From assembly GCA_963715335.1 (NCBI GenBank), contig CAVQRZ010000001.1, positions 32,001 through 96,000 on the forward strand: DNA of 64,000 nt, read 5' to 3'. This document shows, piece after piece, positions 10,840 to 19,641 of this stretch. The DNA comes from an uncultured delta proteobacterium (GTDB taxonomy: Bacteria > Desulfobacterota > Desulfuromonadia > Desulfuromonadales > BM103). A model generated the notes under the pieces. The model did not search any database. It worked only from the letters and a program-made list of their open reading frames with translations, and was not told the origin of the DNA. The number at the start of each line of letters is the position of its first letter. Position 1 is the first letter of the stretch. The translations under genes and the position numbers were made by a program.

Positions 10840-12309
10840 CTAGGAGTCGAGTGAGGCCCGCGTCAGGTTGAGCTTCTTCATATAGCGGTAAAGAGTGGCG
10901 CGATGCACACCGAGGAGCCGGGCCGCCGAAGCTAGATTGCCTTGCGATCCTCGCCAGGCGTCGCGAATTGACTCGGCAGTCAGGTTGACAGGTCGGGTTG
11001 TTCGAGCAGCGCCGACTGCGTTCTCCGGTATCGGACCGGCCAGGGCCAGGCGCTCCGGGCGCGACAGGAGGACGCGGTCATTCGCCAACGGATAGGGCAA
11101 CGACAGCGCAATCCCGTCACTGCCCAACTGACCGGGCCCCCAGTCTCCCGGCGAAAAATCCTGCCGTTCGTTGACCCATTCGCGGAAAGCCCGCGCACCT
11201 ATGACCTCGGACTGGCTTTCGATAAACACCCTCTCCAGGACATTGCGTATTTCACGGACATTGCCGGGCCAGAGATAAGCCTGCAGGAGCGCCATTGCCT
11301 CATTGGTCAAACGATCAACGTTGCGGCCGTACTTGCGGCGAAAGAGTCCCAGGAAATGTTCGACCAGTAACGGGATGTCCTCAATTCGCTGACGCAGCGC
11401 CGGCAGATGAATCCGCAGGACCGCCAGCCGGTGATAAAGATCGGCGCGGAATCGCCCCTGCTGGACGGCACGTTCCATCGGCACGTTGGTGGCCGCAACG
11501 ACCCGTACATCGACCTGTAAAGGCCTCTCGCCGCCAACCCGCTCCAGGAGCCCTTCTTCGAGGACCCGCAGCAACTTGACCTGCGCAGACTCGGGCATGT
11601 CACCAACTTCATCAAGAAAGATGGTGCCACTGTCGGCACGCTCAAAACGACCCTTGTGGGAACGTACGGCGCCGGTGAAGGCGCCCTTCTCGTGGCCAAA
11701 CAGTTCCGATTCAAGGAGCTCCGGGGAAATTGCTGAACAATTAACCGAAACAAAAGCATGGTTCCGGCGCGGACTCTGTTCATGCAAAGCCCTGGCAACC
11801 AGCTCCTTGCCGCTGCCGGTTTCTCCGGTGACGACCACCGAAGCATCCGTCTCGGCATAAAGGACTATCTTGCGAAACACCTCCTGCATACCCGGGCTGT
11901 TGCCAACCAGCCCAAATCGGCTCCGGGGCCCATGCCTTCTGGCCAGCCCGGCCGGCGGTTGCCGGAAATGGAACGAGACCTGCCGCCAGCCTGCATCGCT
12001 GATGCCTCCGGGCAGGACATCGGCGAGCAGTCGACACCCTTCCACCCCCCGGAAGTCCACCTCGATGTTGACAATTGGTTCGCCCTCGCCAGCCACTTCA
12101 TCTGCCAGGTAATCCAGCCCCGGAGAGACATCGGCAAACAGCTCACGGAGTGCGCGGCCTGCGATTTCAAGGTCGCCGAGCCCGACCCATTTTGACAGCC
12201 GGTCAGACATCTGCTGCACCCGCCAGGCCTTTCCGGACCCGGCGACGACGACCAGGTCCGGCGCGCGCGACGGCAACTGTTGATCAATCATGATTTCCGG
12301 TTCAGACAT
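10840..12309 (-). CDS. Sigma54-dependent enhancer-binding transcriptional activator (Fis-type HTH)
   Basis: GETGSGKE, ESELFGHEKGAFTGA, WPGNVRE, C-terminal AARLLGVHRATLYR; start chosen at ATG 12309 behind GAAGGGA. Confidence 0.95.
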   Translation of the reverse strand: MSEPEIMIDQQLPSRAPDLVVVAGSGKAWRVQQMSDRLSKWVGLGDLEIAGRALRELFADVSPGLDYLADEVAGEGEPIVNIEVDFRGVEGCRLLADVLPGGISDAGWRQVSFHFRQPPAGLARRHGPRSRFGLVGNSPGMQEVFRKIVLYAETDASVVVTGETGSGKELVARALHEQSPRRNHAFVSVNCSAISPELLESELFGHEKGAFTGAVRSHKGRFERADSGTIFLDEVGDMPESAQVKLLRVLEEGLLERVGGERPLQVDVRVVAATNVPMERAVQQGRFRADLYHRLAVLRIHLPALRQRIEDIPLLVEHFLGLFRRKYGRNVDRLTNEAMALLQAYLWPGNVREIRNVLERVFIESQSEVIGARAFREWVNERQDFSPGDWGPGQLGSDGIALSLPYPLANDRVLLSRPERLALAGPIPENAVGAARTTRPVNLTAESIRDAWRGSQGNLASAARLLGVHRATLYRYMKKLNLTRASLDS

Positions 12310-12537
12310 GATGACGATTCCCTTCATCTGACTTGCGACATAGCTTGCTACATAATCTAACCGCTTCTGCCGGTTTTTCAAGGTCTGCCCGGAGAATAGC
12401 TGCTGCGCAACAGCGCCGACGCCTGCTTCGCCGGCCAACCCGCCATGAAACAATCGCAAGGGTTATTTCAGCAGACGTGCAGAACAAACGTAAGCTGCTA
12501 TAAATATAGCTATCCCAAGCGAACGGAGGCAGCCCTG

Positions 12538-12792
12538 ATGAAGACGCGCAACAAGATTCTAGATTATGAGTTCACCGAAGTTCTCGATGTCAAAACCCGC
12601 GAATTGATCCGGGTGGCCTGCGCCGTAGCGGTCAACTGCCCTGACTGACTCAGCAAACACTTCGCGGTCGCGAAGGATGCCGGGGCCAGCAAAGATGAAC
12701 TGCGCGAGGCGATTGCTTACGGAATCATTGCACCTTCGGGGCGGGCGAAGAATTTTGTCAAACGCATGCAGGCTGAGCTCAACGACGACTGA
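12538..12792 (+). CDS. AhpD/carboxymuconolactone-decarboxylase-like selenoprotein, 84 aa, CPDU motif
   Basis: GGAGG RBS; in-frame TGA at 12646-12648 in C-P-D-*; frame continues LSKHFAVAKDAGASKDELREAI; SECIS-like hairpin downstream. Confidence 0.88.
12649..12683 (+). promoter_or_regulatory. Bacterial SECIS element
   Basis: CTTCGC-GGTC-GCGAAG stem-loop (12660-12675) with apical G, 11 nt after the UGA. Confidence 0.8.
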
Positions 12793-12920
12793 GCAGAACC
12801 GTTCAGGCCAGAGGCGAGAGGTTCGATGCCGGAGCATGCCGCCAACCAGCAGGCGACCGGCTATCGCCAGCAGTATAATAGCTTCCCAGAACGGGCCGGG
12901 CCCTTTATAATGCCCGGCTC

Positions 12921-15440
12921 ATGGATGAATTTCTCTCAAAACCGGTACAGGAACAGCTTCGCCAGGAAATCCGGGAATCCGGCGGCAACGAAATCTTCTG
13001 CATCGGCCACACCGATGCCGGACAGGTCGTCATCGACCTGGAGATTCTTGCCCGCGGCAATCGGGAGGCTGTTCCAGCCATCCTGCAATCCTGTCGCCCC
13101 GGCGATGTGGTTATCCACAACCACCCCAGCGGACATCTTGAACCATCCGGGCCTGACCTTGCCATCGCCGGCAGCCTCGGCTCACTGGGGGTCGGCTTCT
13201 ATATTGTCGACAACCGGGTCAAGCAGCTCTACCGGGTCGTCGAGGCTTTCGAGCCGGTCCAAAACCGCGCCGTTGAACACGAACAAGTCTCGGAACTGCT
13301 GGGTGCTGGAGGGCCGGTCAGCGAGAACCTGCCCGGTTTCGAAGATCGGCCTGAGCAGCTGCGCATGGCGTTTGCCGTGGCCGATGCCCTCAACCAGCAT
13401 CGCATCGCTCTGATCGAAGCGGGGACCGGGACCGGCAAAAGCCTTGCTTACCTGGTCCCGGCAATCCTCTGGTCGCTGGCCAACCGCGAAAGACTGGTCA
13501 TTTCGACCAACACCATCAATCTCCAGGAGCAGCTGATTCGCAAGGACCTGCCCTTCCTGCGACGGGCCACTGGCCTGGATTTCCAGGTGGTTCTGGTCAA
13601 GGGTCGATCGAACTATCTCTGCAAACGCCGCCTGGAAAGCGCCACCGCCGAGCCGGGGCTTTTCGACAGCGAGCACATCGGTGAATTGAACGCCTTGCAC
13701 GAGTGGGCAGAACAAACCGGAGACGGCTCACGCGAGGACCTCTCCTTTCTGCCACACACAACGGTCTGGGAAGAAGTCTGCTGTGAAGCCGACCAGTGCA
13801 GCCGCAGCCAGTGCCCGCACTTTGGCAGCTGCTTTTTCCACCAGGCCCGGCGGCAGGCTGCCCGGGCCGACCTCCTGGTGGTCAATCATGCGCTGTTGCT
13901 GGCGGATCTTTCGCTGCGCAGCCAGACCGACAATTATTCCGCCCTCGCTGTCCTGCCGCCATTTTCCCGGCTGATCATCGACGAAGCACATCATCTGGAA
14001 GAAGTCGCAACCCGCTACTTCAGCACCCAGGTCACCCGCTTTGCCTTCGCTCGCACCCTGCACCGCCTGCGCCACCCGCGCAAGCCGCAGCGCGGGCTCC
14101 TGCCACGGCTGCTGGCCCAACTCGGCCGCTCCCTCGACGACAGCCAGGACCGCCTGTACCGCGACCTGCACGAGCAGATTGATGCGCTGACAGTCAAAAA
14201 CCAGCAACTGTTTGATCGAGCGGTCGCCGATCTTGAGCAGGCCGGAATTGACCTGGCAAGCGCGCTTGGCACGGAAATTCGCTCCGGAGAGGAGATCCGG
14301 CAACGCCTGGTTCCGGCCTTTGCCGAGAAGGAGGCCTGGCAGCATACGGTGGGTATGTTACGCAGCCTGGCCCGCAGCACCGGCGAATTCGGCGAACTGC
14401 TCCAGGGGCTTCTCAAGGCTTTACGCAAACTCCCCGACGAGGCCGGCGAGGCAATCCGGTCTCTCGGCACCGACCTGGCCGGCATCAGCCTGCGATTACA
14501 GGCCATGGCCCAGAGTTTACACACCTTCACGATCGATGATCCGCAATCCTGCGCGTGGTTTGAAATCACCCGCGGCCGCATCGGTCGCAGCGAGGGGATC
14601 ATCACCCGGCTCTGCACGGCACCTCTCGTCGTTGCCCCGCTGCTGAGAGACACCTTGCTGGAGCGCATGCAGACCGTGGTCCTGACCAGCGCAACCCTTA
14701 CCGTGGCCGAGCGCTTCGACTACCTGCGCCAGCGGACCGGCCTCAATGAGCTGGAGCCCTCGCGCATTAGCGAACTGCTGCTCGCTTCACCCTTCGACTT
14801 CAGGCAACAGGCTCTGCTGGCCATACCGACTGACATCCCGGAGCCCGGCCAACCAGGTTTTGCTGAAGCCGTTCGAGACTTGACAGAGCAAGCCCTGCTG
14901 GCCGCAGATGGCCGGAGCTTCGTGCTCTTCACCGCCTACAGCATGCTGCGCCGCATCCACGCTGAACTGGCCCCGGGCCTCTCCGCGAAGGGCTACCAGG
15001 TGCTGCGGCAAGGGGAATCGACCCGTCACAACCTGTTGCAGAAATTCAGCCAGGACCCGACCAGCATCCTGTTTGCCACCGACTCTTTCTGGGAGGGGGT
15101 CGACGTGCCGGGCCGCTCCCTGGAGCAGGTCATCATCGCCAGACTGCCATTCAAGGTACCGACGGAACCGGTCCTCGAAGCGCGCGCCGAAGCAATTACC
15201 GCGGCCGGAGGAGACCCGTTCATGGAATACACGGTCCCCCAGGCCGTGATCCGGTTCCGGCAGGGATTCGGCCGCCTGATTCGGCAGAAAACCGACCGCG
15301 GCATCGTCCTGATCCTCGACAGTCGTGTGGTCAGGCGCGGCTACGGACGACTGTTCCTGCGCTCCCTCCCCGACGTGCCGGTCGCGACCATGCCCCGGGT
15401 GGAACTGATGGAGAAGCTCAGGGAATTTTTTAGGGGCTAA
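12921..15440 (+). CDS. DinG/YoaA-family helicase with N-terminal JAB/MPN-like domain
   Basis: EAGTGTGKS, DEAH, Fe-S Cys cluster, FWEGVD, QGFGRLIR; N-terminal HNHPSG..PS..D. Confidence 0.93.
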   Translation: MDEFLSKPVQEQLRQEIRESGGNEIFCIGHTDAGQVVIDLEILARGNREAVPAILQSCRPGDVVIHNHPSGHLEPSGPDLAIAGSLGSLGVGFYIVDNRVKQLYRVVEAFEPVQNRAVEHEQVSELLGAGGPVSENLPGFEDRPEQLRMAFAVADALNQHRIALIEAGTGTGKSLAYLVPAILWSLANRERLVISTNTINLQEQLIRKDLPFLRRATGLDFQVVLVKGRSNYLCKRRLESATAEPGLFDSEHIGELNALHEWAEQTGDGSREDLSFLPHTTVWEEVCCEADQCSRSQCPHFGSCFFHQARRQAARADLLVVNHALLLADLSLRSQTDNYSALAVLPPFSRLIIDEAHHLEEVATRYFSTQVTRFAFARTLHRLRHPRKPQRGLLPRLLAQLGRSLDDSQDRLYRDLHEQIDALTVKNQQLFDRAVADLEQAGIDLASALGTEIRSGEEIRQRLVPAFAEKEAWQHTVGMLRSLARSTGEFGELLQGLLKALRKLPDEAGEAIRSLGTDLAGISLRLQAMAQSLHTFTIDDPQSCAWFEITRGRIGRSEGIITRLCTAPLVVAPLLRDTLLERMQTVVLTSATLTVAERFDYLRQRTGLNELEPSRISELLLASPFDFRQQALLAIPTDIPEPGQPGFAEAVRDLTEQALLAADGRSFVLFTAYSMLRRIHAELAPGLSAKGYQVLRQGESTRHNLLQKFSQDPTSILFATDSFWEGVDVPGRSLEQVIIARLPFKVPTEPVLEARAEAITAAGGDPFMEYTVPQAVIRFRQGFGRLIRQKTDRGIVLILDSRVVRRGYGRLFLRSLPDVPVATMPRVELMEKLREFFRG

Positions 15441-15442
15441 AA

Positions 15443-15578
15443 GAAGTAGCCAGAATTCAGAATTCAGAATCCAGAATAGCCAGTAGCAGTCAGAATTCAG
15501 TAGCCGGTAGCCAGTAGCCATTAGATGTCGGCAAGGTTTGCTTCTCATTCTTGATTCTGAATTCTGGATTCTGGATAC
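15443..15578. repeat. Heptamer (AGAATTC/ATTCTGA-type) tandem repeats in two inverted arms
   Basis: cagaattcagaattcagaatccagaat ... attctgaattctggattctggatactg. Confidence 0.85.
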
Positions 15579-15615
15579 TGCCCCCCTCCCTCGCCACTCA
15601 CTGCACAACAATTGA

Positions 15616-15644
15616 TTGACAATCCGCACCGAGTCGTGATAACA
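15616..15644 (+). promoter_or_regulatory. Putative sigma70 promoter for the alanine leader
   Basis: Perfect TTGACA at 15616-15621; weaker -10 (GATAAC). Confidence 0.55.
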
Positions 15645-15677
15645 GACTGAAACATTAAAAACGCAATGGAGCAGAGC

Positions 15678-15785
15678 ATGATCAGGGCCACCGCAAACAT
15701 CGCAGCAGCAAAAACTGCCCGAGCTAACAGCGCGGCAGCCGCGGCGGCCGCCTGCCGGAGACCTGTCCATTGCCTTGGAAAATGA
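15678..15785 (+). CDS. Alanine-rich leader peptide, 35 aa (MIRATANIAAAKTARANSAAAAAAACRRPVHCLGK)
   Basis: GGAG RBS; 14 of 35 codons Ala, including a run of 7; followed by a terminator and the aminotransferase gene. Confidence 0.85.
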   Translation: MIRATANIAAAKTARANSAAAAAAACRRPVHCLGK

Positions 15786-15804
15786 GTTAACTGTTTACTG
15801 CATC

Positions 15805-15835
15805 AAGGCCATGGGCAAAAGCCCATGGCCTTTTT
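15805..15835 (+). terminator. Attenuator terminator
   Basis: AAGGCCATGGGC-AAAA-GCCCATGGCCTT followed by T-rich tract, 33 nt before the aminotransferase start. Confidence 0.9.
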
Positions 15836-15868
15836 AATTTCAACGGGTAGCACGGGAAGGAAGATTTC

Positions 15869-17182
15869 ATGCGTAACAACATAGTTCATATCGGTGCCGG
15901 TGAGTTGACCTACGAGATCCGCGCCATCGTCGAAATCGCCGATACGCTCAGATCGCTTGGCATCAAGACCAACATGGAGAACATCGGCGACCCGATCGCC
16001 AAAGGGGAAATGATCCCCCAGTGGATGAAACAGATCGTCGCCGACCTCGCCATGCAAGACTGCTCCTACGGCTATTGCGCCACCAAGGGCGTTCCGGAAA
16101 CCCGTGCCTTTCTCGCCGAGATGACCAACCGCCGCGGCAAGGCCCAGGTGACAATCAATGACATCATCTTTTTTAACGGCCTCGGTGATGCGATTCAGAA
16201 GGTTTACGGCCTGCTCAAACGGGAATCGCGCGTCATTGGCCCGACCCCGACCTACTCCACCCATTCTTCCGGCGAAGCGGCGCATGCCGGGCAGAAGCCG
16301 GTCTGCTACAAGCTTGACCCCGACAACAAATGGTATCCTGACATGGACGACCTGCGGCTGTCGATCAAGTACAACCCGGCGATCTCGGGTATCCTGATCA
16401 TCAATCCGGACAACCCGACCGGGGCCGTCTGGCCAGAGCGGATCCTCAAGGAGATGGTCTCCATCGCCAAGGAATTCGATCTCTTCATCATCGCCGACGA
16501 AATCTACCAGAACCTGGTCTACAATGGCGAATCGACCAAGCCGATATCCGACCTGGTTGGCGATGTCCCGGCGATTTCCTTGAAAGGGATCAGCAAGGAA
16601 GTGCCCTGGCCCGGCTCGCGCTGCGGCTGGATGGAAGTCTACAACGCCGATAAGGACCCGATGTTCAAACGCTACATCCAGAGCATCGTCGACTCGAAGA
16701 TGGTCGAGGTCTGCTCCACGACCCTGCCGCAGAAAGCGATTCCGCCGATTCTCAGCCATCCCGAATACCAGGGCTGGCTCACTGAACGGATCGTCCGTTA
16801 CGAGAAGTTTTCCAACATCGCCTACGATATCCTGAAAAAAGTGCCCGGGGTCAAGGTCAACCGGACCAACGGCGCATTCTACATGAGCGTCGCCTTCAGG
16901 GAAGGAGCCCTCAACGACCGTCAGACTTTGCCGATTGAGATCCCCGAAGTACGCGAACTCGTAGAAAACCTGGTCAATCAGCCCGGGGTCTCCCTGGACA
17001 AACGCTTCGTCTACTACCTGTTGGCATCAACCGGAATCTGCGTCGTGCCATTGTCATCCTTTTTCACCCCGGAGCAGGGCTTCCGGATTACCCTGCTGGA
17101 GCGCGATGAAGCGACCTTCACGCGTATATTCGAACAGATTGCAGCCAACATCACCAGGTACCTGGACTCTCACAGCGAATAG
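15869..17182 (+). CDS. PLP-dependent class I/II aminotransferase, AlaA-like (probable alanine-synthesising)
   Basis: YEIR, NIGDP, INPDNPTG, ADEIY, SK..WPGSRCGW; the alanine leader supports the specificity. Confidence 0.88.
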   Translation: MRNNIVHIGAGELTYEIRAIVEIADTLRSLGIKTNMENIGDPIAKGEMIPQWMKQIVADLAMQDCSYGYCATKGVPETRAFLAEMTNRRGKAQVTINDIIFFNGLGDAIQKVYGLLKRESRVIGPTPTYSTHSSGEAAHAGQKPVCYKLDPDNKWYPDMDDLRLSIKYNPAISGILIINPDNPTGAVWPERILKEMVSIAKEFDLFIIADEIYQNLVYNGESTKPISDLVGDVPAISLKGISKEVPWPGSRCGWMEVYNADKDPMFKRYIQSIVDSKMVEVCSTTLPQKAIPPILSHPEYQGWLTERIVRYEKFSNIAYDILKKVPGVKVNRTNGAFYMSVAFREGALNDRQTLPIEIPEVRELVENLVNQPGVSLDKRFVYYLLASTGICVVPLSSFFTPEQGFRITLLERDEATFTRIFEQIAANITRYLDSHSE

Positions 17183-17190
17183 ACTTGAGC

Positions 17191-17222
17191 GAAAAAGGCC
17201 GGCACACAATGTCGGCCTTTTT
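17191..17222 (+). terminator. Intrinsic terminator
   Basis: AAAAAGGCCGGCA-loop-TGTCGGCCTTTTT. Confidence 0.75.
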
Positions 17223-17340
17223 GTTATACTGGACGCGGATGTCATTTTAATCTGTCCGCCATAACGCAGACCTGAACGAGACGACCTGACGCGTCTTGCG
17301 AACACTGCCGGCTTTTTTGATTGGGGCTCCCGACACCTGC

Positions 17341-18762
17341 ATGCTGACACCCAGACTGATAAATCGTGACGCTCTGATTACGTCGCAAAAACAACTGATC
17401 GACTACCTCGCGGCAGGCGCTCGTCCGGAAGCGGATTGGGGGATCGGCGCAGAAATGGAAAAGCTGGTCCTCGACGCACGGACGGGGGCAGCCGCGGAAT
17501 TTTCAAGGATCGAGGCGTTGCTCGCGACACTGGCAGCAACCGGCAACTGGCGGGAGCAGCGGCAAGGCTCCCGGCTGATCGGCCTGCAGGGAGAAACTTC
17601 TTCGATAACGATCGAGCCAGGCGGTCAGTTGGAGTTATCCGGCGAGCTCTGTGCCGACCTGTTCTGCAACTGCAGCGACTTCTCCAGGCATATTGCAAAT
17701 ACCGTCGCGGCCTGCAGGCAATTGGACCTGGTTCTGCTTGGTCTCGGCACGCAGCCTTTCAGCAGCCTCGATGAAATCGAATGGGCACCCAAGGCCCGCT
17801 ACGATATCATGGGCCCTTACATGTTAAAAACCGGCGACATGGGTCAGCGCATGATGAAACAGAGCGCAGGACTCCAGGTCAATCTTGATTTCAGTGACGA
17901 AGCGGACTGCATGAGGAAGCTGCGCCTCGCCCAGTTTCTTGCGCCGTTGCTTTACGGGCTGTTCGCCAACTCGCCACTGCTGGATGGCAAGCCGAGCGGC
18001 TTTTTGAGCACCCGTGGAGAGATCTGGTCGCGAACCGACCCTGACCGGACCGGGCTCCTCCCTTTCCTCGACAAGCCGGATGCCGGTTTTAACGACTACG
18101 TTGAGTACGCCCTCGACATACCGATGTATTTCATTGCCCGCGAGGGGAGCTACCTGGACCTGACCCGCAACCGCTTCAGCTTCCGCGATTTCCTGGAGCA
18201 AGGGCATGCCGGCCAGCATGCAACCATGGCCGACTGGGACCTGCACCTGTCAACCCTGTTTCCGGAGGTTCGCCTGCGGCCACAGGTAGAGGTGCGCTGC
18301 GCCGACAGCCTGCCGCCCCACCTGGTCCTGACCGTCGCCGCCCTGCTCAAGGGTCTCATGTACGATGAGAGCGCCTTCCAGGCCGCGTGGCGCGAGTGTC
18401 AGCTGGACTCTCTCGACGAGATCCGCGCCAGCTGCCGAACAGCCTGGCGCCTGGGGCTGCGAACCCCCTGGAAGGGCGGCACTCTACAGGATTTGGCAAG
18501 GACCTGCCTGGAGCTGGCCCGTGCAGGCCTCGACCGCCAGCAGGTACGACGCGGCCAGGAACGCAGCGAGCGCTGCTTCCTTGACGGCCTCGACACACTG
18601 ATCGAGGGTGGACAGACGCTCGCCGAGCAACTGCTGCAGAACTGGCACGGGGATCGTCAGGAAAAGCTCAAAAAGCTGATCGGCCATTGCGGTTTTTTCG
18701 ACGTTGTCCCGAACCGACCCGGCGAAAACTGTGCAAACACGCAGTTCTCGCCTGCGCGCTGA
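17341..18762 (+). CDS. gshA: Glutamate--cysteine ligase (GCS2, plant/alphaproteobacterial type)
   Basis: IGAEMEK, EPGGQLELSG, PKARY.IM, QVNLD, LFANSP, HLSTLFPEVR, EVR.AD. Confidence 0.88.
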   Translation: MLTPRLINRDALITSQKQLIDYLAAGARPEADWGIGAEMEKLVLDARTGAAAEFSRIEALLATLAATGNWREQRQGSRLIGLQGETSSITIEPGGQLELSGELCADLFCNCSDFSRHIANTVAACRQLDLVLLGLGTQPFSSLDEIEWAPKARYDIMGPYMLKTGDMGQRMMKQSAGLQVNLDFSDEADCMRKLRLAQFLAPLLYGLFANSPLLDGKPSGFLSTRGEIWSRTDPDRTGLLPFLDKPDAGFNDYVEYALDIPMYFIAREGSYLDLTRNRFSFRDFLEQGHAGQHATMADWDLHLSTLFPEVRLRPQVEVRCADSLPPHLVLTVAALLKGLMYDESAFQAAWRECQLDSLDEIRASCRTAWRLGLRTPWKGGTLQDLARTCLELARAGLDRQQVRRGQERSERCFLDGLDTLIEGGQTLAEQLLQNWHGDRQEKLKKLIGHCGFFDVVPNRPGENCANTQFSPAR

Positions 18763-18892
18763 CCTGCAATTTTTTACGCGGATCAACGTGGTTTTATTGG
18801 CCGGGGAGCGGTAACCTGCGAACCATCAAAGGTTCGTTGTGGCAGGCGGACCGGCGAAGCAAACCAAATCTTCTTCACCTCCTCGCATATAT

Positions 18893-18933
18893 AAGGCCGA
18901 TCCGGATAGTCCGGATCGGCCTTAGCGTTTTTT
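18893..18933. terminator. Terminator hairpin between convergent genes
   Basis: TAAGGCCGATCCGGA-TAG-TCCGGATCGGCCTTA then T tract. Confidence 0.8.
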
Positions 18934-18937
18934 AAGA

Positions 18938-18968
18938 GCCAGCCCCCAGCCCCCAACCCCCAGCCCCC
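18938..18968. repeat. Heptamer (CCCCAGC-type) tandem repeat
   Basis: gccagcccccagcccccaacccccagccccc. Confidence 0.75.
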
Positions 18969-18971
18969 GAA

Positions 18972-19418
18972 TTAAGGCACCGGCATCGTCCCGTGTGACT
19001 GCAGGAAGGTCAGGTAATGTTCGGGCAGACCGTGATGCTGTGCCCCGCGGATCAGGCGATTGAGATAATCTTCACTCGGCTTCAGGCCGGAACGGAACTT
19101 CGCCCCCCGATAAATCGCGCAGGACAGTTCCCCCTGCGACGTCTGCACAGTCACCTGGTGGCGCCGGTAACGGCCACGCTCGACATTCTCGTAGACATCC
19201 AGCCCGGCCAGGCTCGCTTCCGGCACATCGTAAACAACCCCGTGGACATGACTGCGGCGATCGTCCATCAGGTCGGCCTTACCGGTATTATCGCCGCCCG
19301 GGACATGAAAAACCAGCCTGACATCCCGGACCTTGCCAATCACAACCGGGACAAAGCTGACGTTACGTTCTTTGAGAGTCTCTACGTCCATGTTCGCACC
19401 ATAAGCGAAATAGTGCAT
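18972..19418 (-). CDS. Gamma-glutamylcyclotransferase family protein
   Basis: YFAYGANM, V.GVVY, LD.YE..Y, PS..YL..GA..HGLP. Confidence 0.9.
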   Translation of the reverse strand: MHYFAYGANMDVETLKERNVSFVPVVIGKVRDVRLVFHVPGGDNTGKADLMDDRRSHVHGVVYDVPEASLAGLDVYENVERGRYRRHQVTVQTSQGELSCAIYRGAKFRSGLKPSEDYLNRLIRGAQHHGLPEHYLTFLQSHGTMPVP

Positions 19419-19641
19419 ACCGACCTCCCTGTTCTCGAAGTTGATGGATGATTTGCTGATCAGACCAAGATCTCATTATTCCTGACGACCTGAGTTGAAA
19501 TGAGGCGAATAAAGAGGGATGAACCAATGACCCCGAACCAAGCTATATGAGCTATTGTATCGCAGAATTTGCGCTTGTCTTGCCGGCGGCAGGTCAGTAT
19601 AGTGGCCAATCAACGAAAACCGTTTGGATAGGAGTGTTTTA

